Positions 1-7,270 of a stretch of 40,859 nt of DNA are shown piece after piece (position 1 is the first letter of the stretch; every line of letters starts with the position of its first letter). Both the position numbers and the translations under genes were made by a program. The stretch covers positions 1-40,859 of the forward strand of contig CAZNQQ010000001.1 in assembly GCA_964575575.1 (NCBI GenBank). Direction: 5' to 3'. The stretch comes from an uncultured Candidatus Saccharibacteria bacterium. Its GTDB lineage: Bacteria; Patescibacteriota; Minisyncoccia; Phycocordibacterales; UBA2163. The notes under the pieces are model-generated. The model ran no database searches. It saw nothing but the letters and a program-made list of their open reading frames with translations, and had not been told where the DNA came from.

Positions 1-12
1 TTTTCTCTTCTC

Positions 13-29
13 CTCCGCCTACGGCGGAG
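13..29. other. GC-rich hairpin ctccgcc-tac-ggcggag at the window edge, downstream of tRNA-Trp on the minus strand
   Basis: 7-bp perfect GC stem with a 3-nt loop. No clean T-run on either side, so its function is uncertain (terminator of an upstream gene or processing stem). Confidence 0.2.
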
Positions 30-67
30 CGTGTTATTAGCTTAACTTCCGACGAAGTCTTACATTG

Positions 68-139
68 CGGGCCCAGCAGGACTCGAACCTGCAGTCCTGG
101 TTTTGGAAACCAGTGGTTTACCAATTAACCGATAGGCCC
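68..139 (-). tRNA. trnW: tRNA-Trp (anticodon CCA)
   Basis: Reverse complement reads GGGCCTA..CTGGT-TTCCAAA-ACCAG..GCAGG-TTCGAGT-CCTGC-TGGGCCC-G. It has a 7-bp acceptor stem, a GGTTCGAGTCC T-arm and a U33-CCA-A37 anticodon loop. The 3' CCA is not encoded. Confidence 0.85.
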
Positions 140-358
140 TTATTTTTTACCTTCTTTGTGCTCTGTCTGTCCTTTGCACCATTTACAATACTTCTTGAGC
201 TCTATCTTGCGCTCAACTTTTTTCTTATTCTTTCTGCTCCAGTAATTGATTCTCTTACATTTGGAACATACTAGTTTTATTAATCTTTCTTGTGACATAT
301 TTATTATTTATATTGAGAGCTTACTATACTCGGTTTTAGCATTAAAGTCAATTATCTT

Positions 359-772
359 CTAGCTACACTCTATCTCGTTCCAAGGGCCAAATCTGGTGTT
401 GTCATAAAATGTTTTCATTATTGTATCTACGATAAGAAACGCCCCTAGAACGAAGATAAACCCTATAAATACATTGGTGAATATTTTGTTTGCGGACTTT
501 ATCTTGTCTGCGCTACCGCCAGCGGTCAGATACAAGAAGCCAGCATAGATAAACATAAGAGTTGCCACTATTACAGATATCGTAACTAGGAAAGAAAGTA
601 TGTTTTGTATCAACTGCACTATATGACACATCGTACACTTGTCTACGAATTCACCGTTTACAAGTTGTTCGTTGCATTTTGGAGCAAGCTGATCAAAGAC
701 GCCAGCTTCTGCTACAGCGACAGGTGTAAGTATTATCGCTAATACGAAAAAGAATATTAATACTTTCTTCAT
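359..772 (-). CDS. Small secreted/membrane protein with signal peptide and two hydrophobic helices; member of the same family as the three tandem paralogues at 39938-40859 (T4SS pilin / VirB2-TrbC-like architecture)
   Basis: 137-aa ORF. N-terminal signal peptide (..TPVAVAEA), a Cys-containing region, then TM - short charged loop (GGSADKIKSANK) - TM. It aligns with the 113-aa and 82-aa paralogues (F.YAG..YL..G....K....K...F.......V..L). Confidence 0.55.
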   Translation of the reverse strand: MKKVLIFFFVLAIILTPVAVAEAGVFDQLAPKCNEQLVNGEFVDKCTMCHIVQLIQNILSFLVTISVIVATLMFIYAGFLYLTAGGSADKIKSANKIFTNVFIGFIFVLGAFLIVDTIMKTFYDNTRFGPWNEIECS

Positions 773-780
773 TAAGATAA

Positions 781-1245
781 TTATACCACTTCTTTCTTTT
801 CTTCTACAACTTCTTCTGTTGGTTTCTCTTCTTCTTTTATTTCTTCTTTTGGAGCTTCCGCTTCTGGAGCAGGAGTAGCTTCTTCGGCTGGAGCGGGTGC
901 TTCTTCCTTAGGAGTTTCAGTATCTTCCGCTTTCTCTTCAGCTGGAGCTGCTTCTGCTGAAGTATCTCTTGTATTTTTCTTACCTCGAGACACGTGCTTC
1001 TTTTTAGTTTTTATAATCCCCTCTTTTCTGAGAATATTGTTAACAGTATCTGAAACCTGAGCTCCTTTTGAGATCCAGTATTCTACCCTGTCGCCTTTGA
1101 TAGCCACATTGTCCTTTTTAGGGTCATATGAGCCTAAAATCTCTACGTTGTTACCGCTTTTTGGACCCTTTCTTGAGTCAGTACAAACAACCCTAAAAGA
1201 AGGGTCATTTCGGCGTCCAACTCTTTGTAATCGAATTTTTAACAT
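781..1245 (-). CDS. rpsP: 30S ribosomal protein S16 with a about 70-aa acidic Glu/Pro/Ala/Lys-rich C-terminal extension
   Basis: MLKIRLQRVGRRNDPSFRVVCTDSRKGPKSG is the canonical S16 N-terminus. The ATG at 1245 is preferred over the upstream in-frame start at 1284 because S16 starts MLKIRL. The low-complexity tail is EAAPAEEKAEDTETPKEEAPAPAEE.... Confidence 0.9.
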   Translation of the reverse strand: MLKIRLQRVGRRNDPSFRVVCTDSRKGPKSGNNVEILGSYDPKKDNVAIKGDRVEYWISKGAQVSDTVNNILRKEGIIKTKKKHVSRGKKNTRDTSAEAAPAEEKAEDTETPKEEAPAPAEEATPAPEAEAPKEEIKEEEKPTEEVVEEKKEVV

Positions 1246-1274
1246 AAGTAGCAAGATAATAACAGAAAATCGTT

Positions 1275-1302
1275 TTGATATCAAGCTATTTTCTGCTATA
1301 CT
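1275..1302 (+). promoter_or_regulatory. Sigma-70-type promoter for rnr (TTGATA-N16-TATACT)
   Basis: -35 TTGATA at 1275-1280 and -10 TATACT at 1297-1302, about 20 nt upstream of the rnr ATG. A second TAGAAT 6 nt before the ATG could alternatively give a leaderless transcript. Confidence 0.4.
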
Positions 1303-1321
1303 CCAAGAATTATAGAATCTA

Positions 1322-3250
1322 ATGGAAAATCAGGAAAATAAAGCTAAGAACTCTCATATAGAAGGTCCCATAACTGTCTCAAGGCGGGGTGTTGGTTATG
1401 TGCCCGTTGAAGGCTTTGAAGAAGATATAGAAATACCTAATGACTACATAAACACAGCCCTTAACAAAGATACTGTAGAAATAGCACTTTTACCTAAAGT
1501 AGAGGGGGAGCGTCTACGTGGAGAAGTGGTGAAAATAGTAGAACGCGCCAAAACCCAGTTCGTAGGTACAGTAGAAAAGAAAGATGGATTATCATTCTTA
1601 GCACCTGACGACCAAAGAATGTACACAGACATAATCCTCTCCCCCGAAAAAGAAATAGAAGACGGTATGAAAGTATTAGTTCAGATGGAAGACTGGACTG
1701 ACCCAAAGAAAAACCCAGAAGGAAAGATTCTTGAAGTACTTGGAAAAAAGGGTGAGCACAATGTAGAAATGAAAGCTATCGTACTCGGGCATGGTTTTGA
1801 TACTGGCTTCCCTGCTGAAGTAGAAAAAAACGCAAAAGAAATTGAAAACAAAAAAACAGAAATATTAAAAGCAGAAGAGAGTAAAAGGAAAGATTTTAGA
1901 AACGTTACAACCATGACCATAGACCCGCCCGATGCCAAAGACTTTGACGACGCACTCTCTCTCAAAAAGCTAGACAACGGTAACTTAGAGATCGGCATAC
2001 ACATTGCAGATGTGTCTCACTACGTAACTCCAGGGAGTCCTATAGACAAAGAGGCGCAAGAGCGTGCTACATCTATTTACCTTGTAGATCGTACAATACC
2101 CATGCTTCCGGAAGTGATCTCTAACGATGTATGTAGCCTAAACCCTAACGAAGACAAGCTCGCTTACTCTGCCGTGTTTGAAATCAATAAAGACGGCGAG
2201 GTACAAAACCACTGGTTTGGTGAAGCTATAATAAACTCTGACAGACGCTTTACATATGAAGACGCGCAGAAAACTATAGACGCAGGCCAAGGTGAATATT
2301 ATGAAGAACTTAAAACACTAGACGACCTAGCTAAAGTTATCAGAAAGAAAAGATTTGAAGACGGCTCTGTATCATTTGAGCACGACGAAGTACGCTTTAC
2401 TCTAGACGAGAACGGCAAGCCGATAGGAGTGGAGCGAAAAAAGATGTTTGATACAAACCACCTTGTAGAAGAATACATGCTTCTTGCTAACCGTGAAGTT
2501 GCCGAGTATGTGTTCAAGCTCAACAAAAAGGATTTGCTATTTATATACCGCGTGCACGATGTCCCAAATCCGGAGAAGATAGAAGCGCTTGAGGTGTTCT
2601 TAAAAGCTATTGGTTTTGACTTTCATCCTAAAGACTCTGGAGTTACTACACACGACCTAAACAATCTGTTTAAACAAATAGAAGGCAAACCTACAGAAGA
2701 ACTTATCAAGATCTCTGCTATACGCTCTATGTCTAAAGCTGTTTATTCTACTAAAAACATCGGACACTTCGGGCTAGCTTTCAAATACTATACACACTTT
2801 ACTTCCCCTATTCGTCGTTACCCTGACCTTATGGTGCATAGGATTATGAAGAGTCAACTAAGTGGGTACCAAATACCAGCCGACGAGCTTAAAAAATACA
2901 ACAGCCTAACACTTGTATCAAACGACCAAGAAGCTGAAGCTACACAAGCAGAACGTGACTCTATTCGCTACAAACAAGTTGAATATATGAAAGACCATAT
3001 CGGAGAAACTTTTGACGGCAAGATCTCAGGTGTAGCAGAGTTTGGACTGTTCGTAGAAGATGAAAATACTAAGTCAGAAGGGCTGGTGCATGTGAGCAAA
3101 ATCGGTAACGACTTCTATACACTTGATAAAAAAACTTATAGCATTAAAGGTGAGCGAAGTGGTAAATCATACACTTTGGGAGACAAAGTAAAGATCAAAC
3201 TAATGGGCGCAGACCTCGACAACAAAACCCTTGACTTTGTGATTGTGTAA
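1322..3250 (+). CDS. rnr: Ribonuclease R (RNase II/R family 3'-5' exoribonuclease: cold-shock/OB N-terminus, RNB catalytic domain, C-terminal S1 domain)
   Basis: 642 aa. RNB motifs DFDDALS and HFGLAFKYYTHFTSPIRRYPDLMVHR. C-terminal S1-like segment GKISGVAEFGLFVE...GLVHVSKIG. Confidence 0.9.
   Translation: MENQENKAKNSHIEGPITVSRRGVGYVPVEGFEEDIEIPNDYINTALNKDTVEIALLPKVEGERLRGEVVKIVERAKTQFVGTVEKKDGLSFLAPDDQRMYTDIILSPEKEIEDGMKVLVQMEDWTDPKKNPEGKILEVLGKKGEHNVEMKAIVLGHGFDTGFPAEVEKNAKEIENKKTEILKAEESKRKDFRNVTTMTIDPPDAKDFDDALSLKKLDNGNLEIGIHIADVSHYVTPGSPIDKEAQERATSIYLVDRTIPMLPEVISNDVCSLNPNEDKLAYSAVFEINKDGEVQNHWFGEAIINSDRRFTYEDAQKTIDAGQGEYYEELKTLDDLAKVIRKKRFEDGSVSFEHDEVRFTLDENGKPIGVERKKMFDTNHLVEEYMLLANREVAEYVFKLNKKDLLFIYRVHDVPNPEKIEALEVFLKAIGFDFHPKDSGVTTHDLNNLFKQIEGKPTEELIKISAIRSMSKAVYSTKNIGHFGLAFKYYTHFTSPIRRYPDLMVHRIMKSQLSGYQIPADELKKYNSLTLVSNDQEAEATQAERDSIRYKQVEYMKDHIGETFDGKISGVAEFGLFVEDENTKSEGLVHVSKIGNDFYTLDKKTYSIKGERSGKSYTLGDKVKIKLMGADLDNKTLDFVIV
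3222..3250. repeat. Direct repeat copy A (last 29 nt of rnr, ending in its stop codon)
   Basis: acaaaacccttgactttgtgattgtgtaa. It matches 3849-3877 at 27/29 positions. Confidence 0.8.
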
Positions 3251-3266
3251 ATTTTTATATAGCACA

Positions 3267-3330
3267 AAATTCTCATACCTTTTTAGTGAAATCACTAAAT
3301 TGGTATGAGAATTTTAAAACAATTTTTTTA
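3267..3330. terminator. Bidirectional rho-independent terminator between rnr (+) and the convergent membrane-protein gene (-)
   Basis: 11-bp stem aaaattctcatacc / ggtatgagaatttt with a nested inner hairpin ttagtga-aa-tcactaa. A-run before and T-run (tttaaaacaattttttta) after. Confidence 0.5.
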
Positions 3331-3699
3331 TTTCGAATCCTTCTGGTTTTTTATTTCTTGGATATTCCCTTTTCTATCGATTATAACCACTCTGTCATCA
3401 TCCAAATAATTTGGCACCTCTTCAAGTAAATACAGTCTCTTTTTGTTTACAGCATCTTTTTCATCCTTTTGATCTTTATAAAATTTTTGAACAATGGCTG
3501 TTAGAGAATTTTTATCAAATTTGATAATTTTCAAACAGGTATTTTCTTGAAATATTTCACCTTTAGCAGGAATTGCGTGATATAGCCTAGCACCAAGATG
3601 ACCAGCTGTAATTAATGTTGCACTTAACACTATTATTCCGATAAAAATAAATAAACCATATTTTATTACACCGATACTGCCTATTTGTATGCTACCCAT
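3328..3699 (-). CDS. Hypothetical small membrane protein (N-terminal TM helix followed by a charged C-terminal domain)
   Basis: The ORF track opens at a TTG (3753). The first ATG in frame is at 3699 (MGSIQIGSIGVIKYGLFIFIGIIVLSA...) and lies 2 nt after the stop of an upstream SD-driven mini-ORF, so ATG 3699 is preferred. Confidence 0.5.
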   Translation of the reverse strand: MGSIQIGSIGVIKYGLFIFIGIIVLSATLITAGHLGARLYHAIPAKGEIFQENTCLKIIKFDKNSLTAIVQKFYKDQKDEKDAVNKKRLYLLEEVPNYLDDDRVVIIDRKGNIQEIKNQKDSK

Positions 3700-3701
3700 T
3701 A

Positions 3702-3770
3702 TCACAAAAACAACAGAGTTATTATTCCAATCACCAAAATCACGTATACCCAAGGATTCACACGAATCAT
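3702..3770 (-). CDS. Candidate 22-aa hydrophobic leader/mini-ORF (MIRVNPWVYVILVIGIITLLFL) with a strong Shine-Dalgarno, ending 2 nt before the downstream membrane-protein ATG
   Basis: AAAGGAGG sits 7 nt upstream of the ATG at 3770, which is the best SD in this locus. It is in a different frame from the long ORF. Its stop TGA, then 'ta', then ATG 3699 suggests translational coupling. A frameshifted single gene is the alternative. Confidence 0.3.
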   Translation of the reverse strand: MIRVNPWVYVILVIGIITLLFL

Positions 3771-3821
3771 TTTACTTCCTCCTTTTATAGAGCTAAAATT
3801 TTAATTTTTAAATCCTGCAGT

Positions 3822-3849
3822 ACTATATCAGATTTAATTATTTTGTCAA
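3822..3849 (-). promoter_or_regulatory. Sigma-70 promoter (minus strand TTGACA-N16-TATAGT) for the 3770/3699 genes
   Basis: The minus strand reads TTGACA aaataattaaatctga TATAGT. It shares 28/32 nt, including spacer sequence, with the promoter at 4518-4545. Confidence 0.5.
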
Positions 3850-3877
3850 CAAAACTCTTGACTTTGTGATTGTATAA
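3849..3877. repeat. Direct repeat copy B of the rnr 3' end
   Basis: acaaaactcttgactttgtgattgtataa. It would still encode ..KTLDFVIV-stop. Together with copy A it brackets a about 600-bp segment that carries its own promoter and two ORFs. Confidence 0.8.
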
Positions 3878-3932
3878 TAAAAAAACCCCTTTCCTATCTA
3901 GCTAACTGCCAGATTGGTAAGGGGTTTTTATT
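3878..3932. terminator. Rho-independent terminator for the glycine-zipper lipoprotein gene (bidirectional A-run / T-run)
   Basis: 9-bp GC-rich stem aaacccctt ... aaggggttt, flanked by aaaaaaa upstream and ttttattt downstream. The loop is long (27 nt). Confidence 0.45.
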
Positions 3933-3946
3933 TACATATTAAACTA

Positions 3947-4441
3947 CTACTCATAATGCTCCGGAATCCAAACTTTTTCTTCATACTCTTGCCAGTAACC
4001 TGACGGTACAGAACGGTCTTCATAATGACCCTCAATCCTTCTGTCACCTTCGTAACGTTCTTCTACCCAAACTTTTTCAGTCTTGGTCGTATCAGCCCAT
4101 TTTCTCTTTTTTATATACTCATAGTGGCCGTCTATTTTTTGTCGACCCTGACCAAAGCTAGATTGTCTTTCAAGCTCAAGCTGTCTATACAATGCTGCTT
4201 TTTCAGCTGCTTCTCTTTTTTTGTCCATATGATCCCCAACAAGTGCTCCACCTACAGCTCCTGCTCCTGCTCCTATTGCAGCTCCCATTCCTGTATTACC
4301 AGTCAGTGCTCCAATACCTGCACCAAGACCAGCTCCAATACCTGCACCAAGACCAGTTCCTTTTTGTGTGGTTGTCATACAACCAGTTGCTAACACTGAA
4401 AGCGCAGCAATACAAATGATACTAACGATAATCTGCTTCAC
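3947..4441 (-). CDS. Glycine-zipper lipoprotein (17-kDa-antigen / YMGG-like Gly-zipper transmembrane segment) with a C-terminal charged domain containing repeated (G)HYE motifs
   Basis: GTG start preceded by AAGGAGG. Signal peptide with lipobox LATGC. GLGAGIGAGLGAGIGALTGNTGMGAAIGAGAGAVGGALVG glycine zipper. C-terminus with GHYEY / GHYED / EHYE repeats. Confidence 0.75.
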   Translation of the reverse strand: MKQIIVSIICIAALSVLATGCMTTTQKGTGLGAGIGAGLGAGIGALTGNTGMGAAIGAGAGAVGGALVGDHMDKKREAAEKAALYRQLELERQSSFGQGRQKIDGHYEYIKKRKWADTTKTEKVWVEERYEGDRRIEGHYEDRSVPSGYWQEYEEKVWIPEHYE

Positions 4442-4517
4442 TTTTCGCCTCCTTCAAAAATAAAGATATAAAGCTAAATTTAATATAGAATTATCAATAC
4501 AAACCAATTCTGACAAA

Positions 4518-4545
4518 ACTATATCAGACCTAATTAACTTGTCAA
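4518..4545 (-). promoter_or_regulatory. Sigma-70 promoter for the lipoprotein gene (minus strand TTGACA-N16-TATAGT), a near-duplicate of the promoter at 3822-3849
   Basis: The minus strand reads TTGACA agttaattaggtctga TATAGT. A conserved spacer core taattaNNtctgatatagt is shared by both copies. Confidence 0.5.
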
Positions 4546-4567
4546 TTGGCTATTATTTAGCTATTAT
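4539..4567 (+). promoter_or_regulatory. Sigma-70 promoter for hisS (TTGTCA-N17-TATTAT). Its -35 physically overlaps the -35 of the divergent minus-strand promoter, and the predicted transcript is leaderless.
   Basis: -35 at 4539-4544 and -10 at 4562-4567. The hisS ATG at 4574 lies only 6 nt beyond the -10, with no SD. The plus-strand TTGTCA at 4539-4544 and the minus-strand TTGACA (plus-strand tgtcaa at 4540-4545) share 5 of 6 positions. Confidence 0.45.
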
Positions 4568-4573
4568 TTACAT

Positions 4574-5851
4574 ATGACTAATGAGTCAGGAAAAAAGAAT
4601 AAACTAAGCACAGAGCCGTACAAAGGAGTACGGGATTTTTATCCGGAAGAGCAGGCGGTGCAAGACTATATATTTAGCAAATGGCAGAAAACCGTGGAAA
4701 GTTTTGGCTACGCTGAATACGGAGCATCTATCCTTGAGCCTACAGAGCTTTATGAAGCAAAGTCAGGCGAAGAGCTTATAAACGAGCAGACTTACACTTT
4801 TAAAGACAGGGGGGACAGAAATGTGACACTTAGACCTGAGATGACCCCCACAGTTGCAAGGATGATAGCAGCAAAAAGAAGAGAGCTTAGCTTCCCTCTC
4901 CGACTGTACACAATAGCAAACGCTTTTCGGTATGAACGCCCACAACGCGGACGCGTGCGTGAACATTGGCAACTCAATGCTGATCTCTTTGGCGCAGAAG
5001 GAATAGATGCTGACGCAGAAATAATCTCACTTGCCTATCAGATCCTTACAGACATGGGTGCAAAAGAAAGTGATTTTGAAATTAAAATAAACTTCGCTGG
5101 AATACTAACTCAGTATTTAAAAAAGAAATTTAACCTAGATGACAGTAAAGCAGAAAAACTTGTTAAAGTAATAGACAGATATGGCAAAATCTCTGACGAA
5201 GATTTTGAAAAACGAGCTAAAGATATAATTGGAGACAAAACTCCAGAGCTTTTAGATATTTTAAAGAAAAAAGATATAAGTGAGTTTGATGATTACGAAG
5301 AGATTAAATACTTGGAAAAGCTTAAAAACAAGCTAGATATTGAAGTAGAGGTGGATCCATTCTTAACACGTGGGTTTGATTACTACACTGGAATGGTTTT
5401 TGAAGTTTATGATACTAATCCTGAGAATAATCGCTCTGTCTTTGGTGGTGGGCGCTATGATAATTTGCTTGAGATATTTGACACGGAGAAGGTTCCTGCT
5501 GTTGGTTTTGGTATGGGGGACGTGCCTGTTAAAAACTTCCTTGAAGTACGCGGGCTTTTGCCAGAATATGTCTCTACTACTGATTTGATGCTATGCACTC
5601 TATCTGTCGAGAACATCCCATTTGCACAAGGTTTAGCTACAAGGCTTCGTGAGCAAGGGCTTAACGTCGCAGTGGACATAGGCGAGCGAAAGATAGACAA
5701 ACAAATAAAAACAGCCGACAAACAAAGTATTCCGTTCGTTATGTGTATTGGTGACGAAGAAGAAAAGACTGGTAAATTTAAACTAAAAGAACTAAAAACT
5801 GGTAACGAAGTAGAGATAACCGAAGAAGAAATAAAAAATATAATATTCTAA
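4574..5851 (+). CDS. hisS: Histidine--tRNA ligase (class II aaRS)
   Basis: 425 aa. YKGVRDFYPEE, LRPEMTPTVARM and motif 2 FRYERPQRGRVREHWQLNADLFG. Anticodon-binding C-terminal domain. Confidence 0.95.
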   Translation: MTNESGKKNKLSTEPYKGVRDFYPEEQAVQDYIFSKWQKTVESFGYAEYGASILEPTELYEAKSGEELINEQTYTFKDRGDRNVTLRPEMTPTVARMIAAKRRELSFPLRLYTIANAFRYERPQRGRVREHWQLNADLFGAEGIDADAEIISLAYQILTDMGAKESDFEIKINFAGILTQYLKKKFNLDDSKAEKLVKVIDRYGKISDEDFEKRAKDIIGDKTPELLDILKKKDISEFDDYEEIKYLEKLKNKLDIEVEVDPFLTRGFDYYTGMVFEVYDTNPENNRSVFGGGRYDNLLEIFDTEKVPAVGFGMGDVPVKNFLEVRGLLPEYVSTTDLMLCTLSVENIPFAQGLATRLREQGLNVAVDIGERKIDKQIKTADKQSIPFVMCIGDEEEKTGKFKLKELKTGNEVEITEEEIKNIIF

Positions 5852-5852
5852 A

Positions 5853-6431
5853 GTGCGTAAGATAACTTTTGACATTGAAACAAGTAATATATTTCAAGAT
5901 GTAGGTAAAGCTGACCCTGCCCTTTTAGACTTGTCTGTAATATGTGTACATGATTCAGAAACTGATGAATATAGCACTTACCTTCAAGAAGAACTCTCAC
6001 AACTATGGCCTCTTATAGAAAAGGCGGATATGCTTATAGGCTACAACTCCGACCATTTTGATATACCACTTTTAAACAAGTACTACCCAGGAGATCTTAC
6101 TCGTATAAAAAGTTTAGATATTCTAAAAGAAATAAAAAATTCTCTAGGTAGAAGGATAAAGCTAGACTCTGTAGCAGAAGGTACACTTGGCAAAAAGAAA
6201 ATAGGCCACGGACTAGACGCGATAACTTGGTGGAAAAACGGAGAGGTGGAAAAGGTCAAAAAGTATTGCAAAGAAGACGTGAAGATCACAAAAGAGATAT
6301 ATGATTATGCACTTAAAAATGGGGTACTCAAATACAAAGATTTAAGTGAAAATCGTGAGATAAAGCTTGATACTTCAAGGTGGGAAGAGAAGAAGGATGA
6401 AGGCTCAATGACACATACTTTACCCTTCTAA
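5853..6431 (+). CDS. DEDD-family 3'-5' exonuclease (RNase H-like fold), translationally coupled to hisS
   Basis: GTG start 1 nt after the hisS stop. Exo I FDIET, Exo II YNSDHFDIPLL and Exo III Y-x3-D (YCKEDVKITKEIYDY) motifs. Confidence 0.65.
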   Translation: MRKITFDIETSNIFQDVGKADPALLDLSVICVHDSETDEYSTYLQEELSQLWPLIEKADMLIGYNSDHFDIPLLNKYYPGDLTRIKSLDILKEIKNSLGRRIKLDSVAEGTLGKKKIGHGLDAITWWKNGEVEKVKKYCKEDVKITKEIYDYALKNGVLKYKDLSENREIKLDTSRWEEKKDEGSMTHTLPF

Positions 6432-6483
6432 ATACAATATGATATAATAGCTAGATTATTAAGGGGTAAATTTAAATATAATT

Positions 6484-7224
6484 ATGGATAGTAAATTAAT
6501 GGTGCCGGTATCAATAGTAATAGCGGCGATAGTAATAGCAGGTGCGCTATTTATGGTAAACAAAGGAGATTCTCCTAATATACCTGGTGACGGCGACACT
6601 GTGCCAACAAACGGTGAGGTAGCCAAGGACATGAAGCCTGTATCAGCCGACGATCACATCCTAGGTAATCCAAATGCTGAAGTTGTTATTGTTGAATACT
6701 CTGACACCGAATGTCCATTCTGTAAGAGATTCCACGAGACAATGCATCAGGTTATAGATGAGTATGGTAAAGACGGAAAAGTAGCATGGGTATATCGTCA
6801 TTTCCCTCTTACACAACTTCACTCAAAAGCTCAAATAGAAGCTGAAGCTACAGAGTGTGCATTTGACCAAGGTGGTAACACAGCGTTCTGGACATACACA
6901 GACAAGGTGTACGAGATGACTCCATCAAACAACGGTCTTGATCTAGACGAACTTCCAAATATTGCAGAAGAGATCGGACTTGATCGTGTAGAGTTTGAAC
7001 GATGTCTTGACGACAGAGACAACAAAAAGAAGGTTGAAGACCAGCTTGCTGACGCATTTGCTTCAGGTGGAAGAGGAACTCCTCACAACATAATGATTAT
7101 CGGGGACGAAAAAGTTGAGATCCCAGGAGCTCAACCCTTCTCAGCAATGAAAGCAGCAATCGACGCAGTCCTAGCAGAAAACGCAGCTGACACTACAGAA
7201 GAAGTAACAGAAACAACAGAATAA
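6484..7224 (+). CDS. Membrane-anchored thioredoxin-fold thiol:disulfide oxidoreductase (DsbA/BdbD-like, CPFC active site) with an acidic Thr/Glu C-terminal tail
   Basis: N-terminal TM (VPVSIVIAAIVIAGALFMV), EYSDTECPFCKRFH CxxC motif and a cis-Pro region (RGTPHNIMI). Tail ENAADTTEEVTETTE. Confidence 0.8.
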   Translation: MDSKLMVPVSIVIAAIVIAGALFMVNKGDSPNIPGDGDTVPTNGEVAKDMKPVSADDHILGNPNAEVVIVEYSDTECPFCKRFHETMHQVIDEYGKDGKVAWVYRHFPLTQLHSKAQIEAEATECAFDQGGNTAFWTYTDKVYEMTPSNNGLDLDELPNIAEEIGLDRVEFERCLDDRDNKKKVEDQLADAFASGGRGTPHNIMIIGDEKVEIPGAQPFSAMKAAIDAVLAENAADTTEEVTETTE

Positions 7225-7233
7225 ACAGAATTT

Positions 7234-7270
7234 AAAAAACACCGCAAGCCTCCAGCTTGCGGTGTTTTTT
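7234..7270. terminator. Bidirectional rho-independent terminator (convergent dsbA-like and helicase genes)
   Basis: aaaaaacaccgcaagc-ctcca-gcttgcggtgtttttt. 11-bp GC-rich stem with A-run and T-run flanks. Confidence 0.8.

Noticed and set aside
65-274. 69-aa plus-strand ORF
   Set aside because: It runs antisense through tRNA-Trp with a low-complexity hydrophobic translation; not a gene.
1444-2526. Several 60-107-aa minus-strand ORFs inside rnr
   Set aside because: They are antisense to a well-supported RNase R gene, have no start context and are compositional artefacts. The same reasoning applies to antisense ORFs inside hisS, the helicase, the ABC transporter, rpoB, rpoC, dnaG, clpB, iscS and infB.
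3700-3753. TTG-initiated N-terminal extension (MGIRDFGDWNNNSVVFVI) of the 141-aa ORF
   Set aside because: This segment overlaps a separate SD-driven 22-aa ORF in another frame. The first ATG (3699) directly follows that ORF's stop and is the likelier start.
4025-4419. Two plus-strand ORFs rich in Cys/Ser/Leu
   Set aside because: They are antisense to the Gly-zipper coding repeats of the lipoprotein gene (GGN repeats read as Cys/Ser/Leu-rich nonsense on the other strand).
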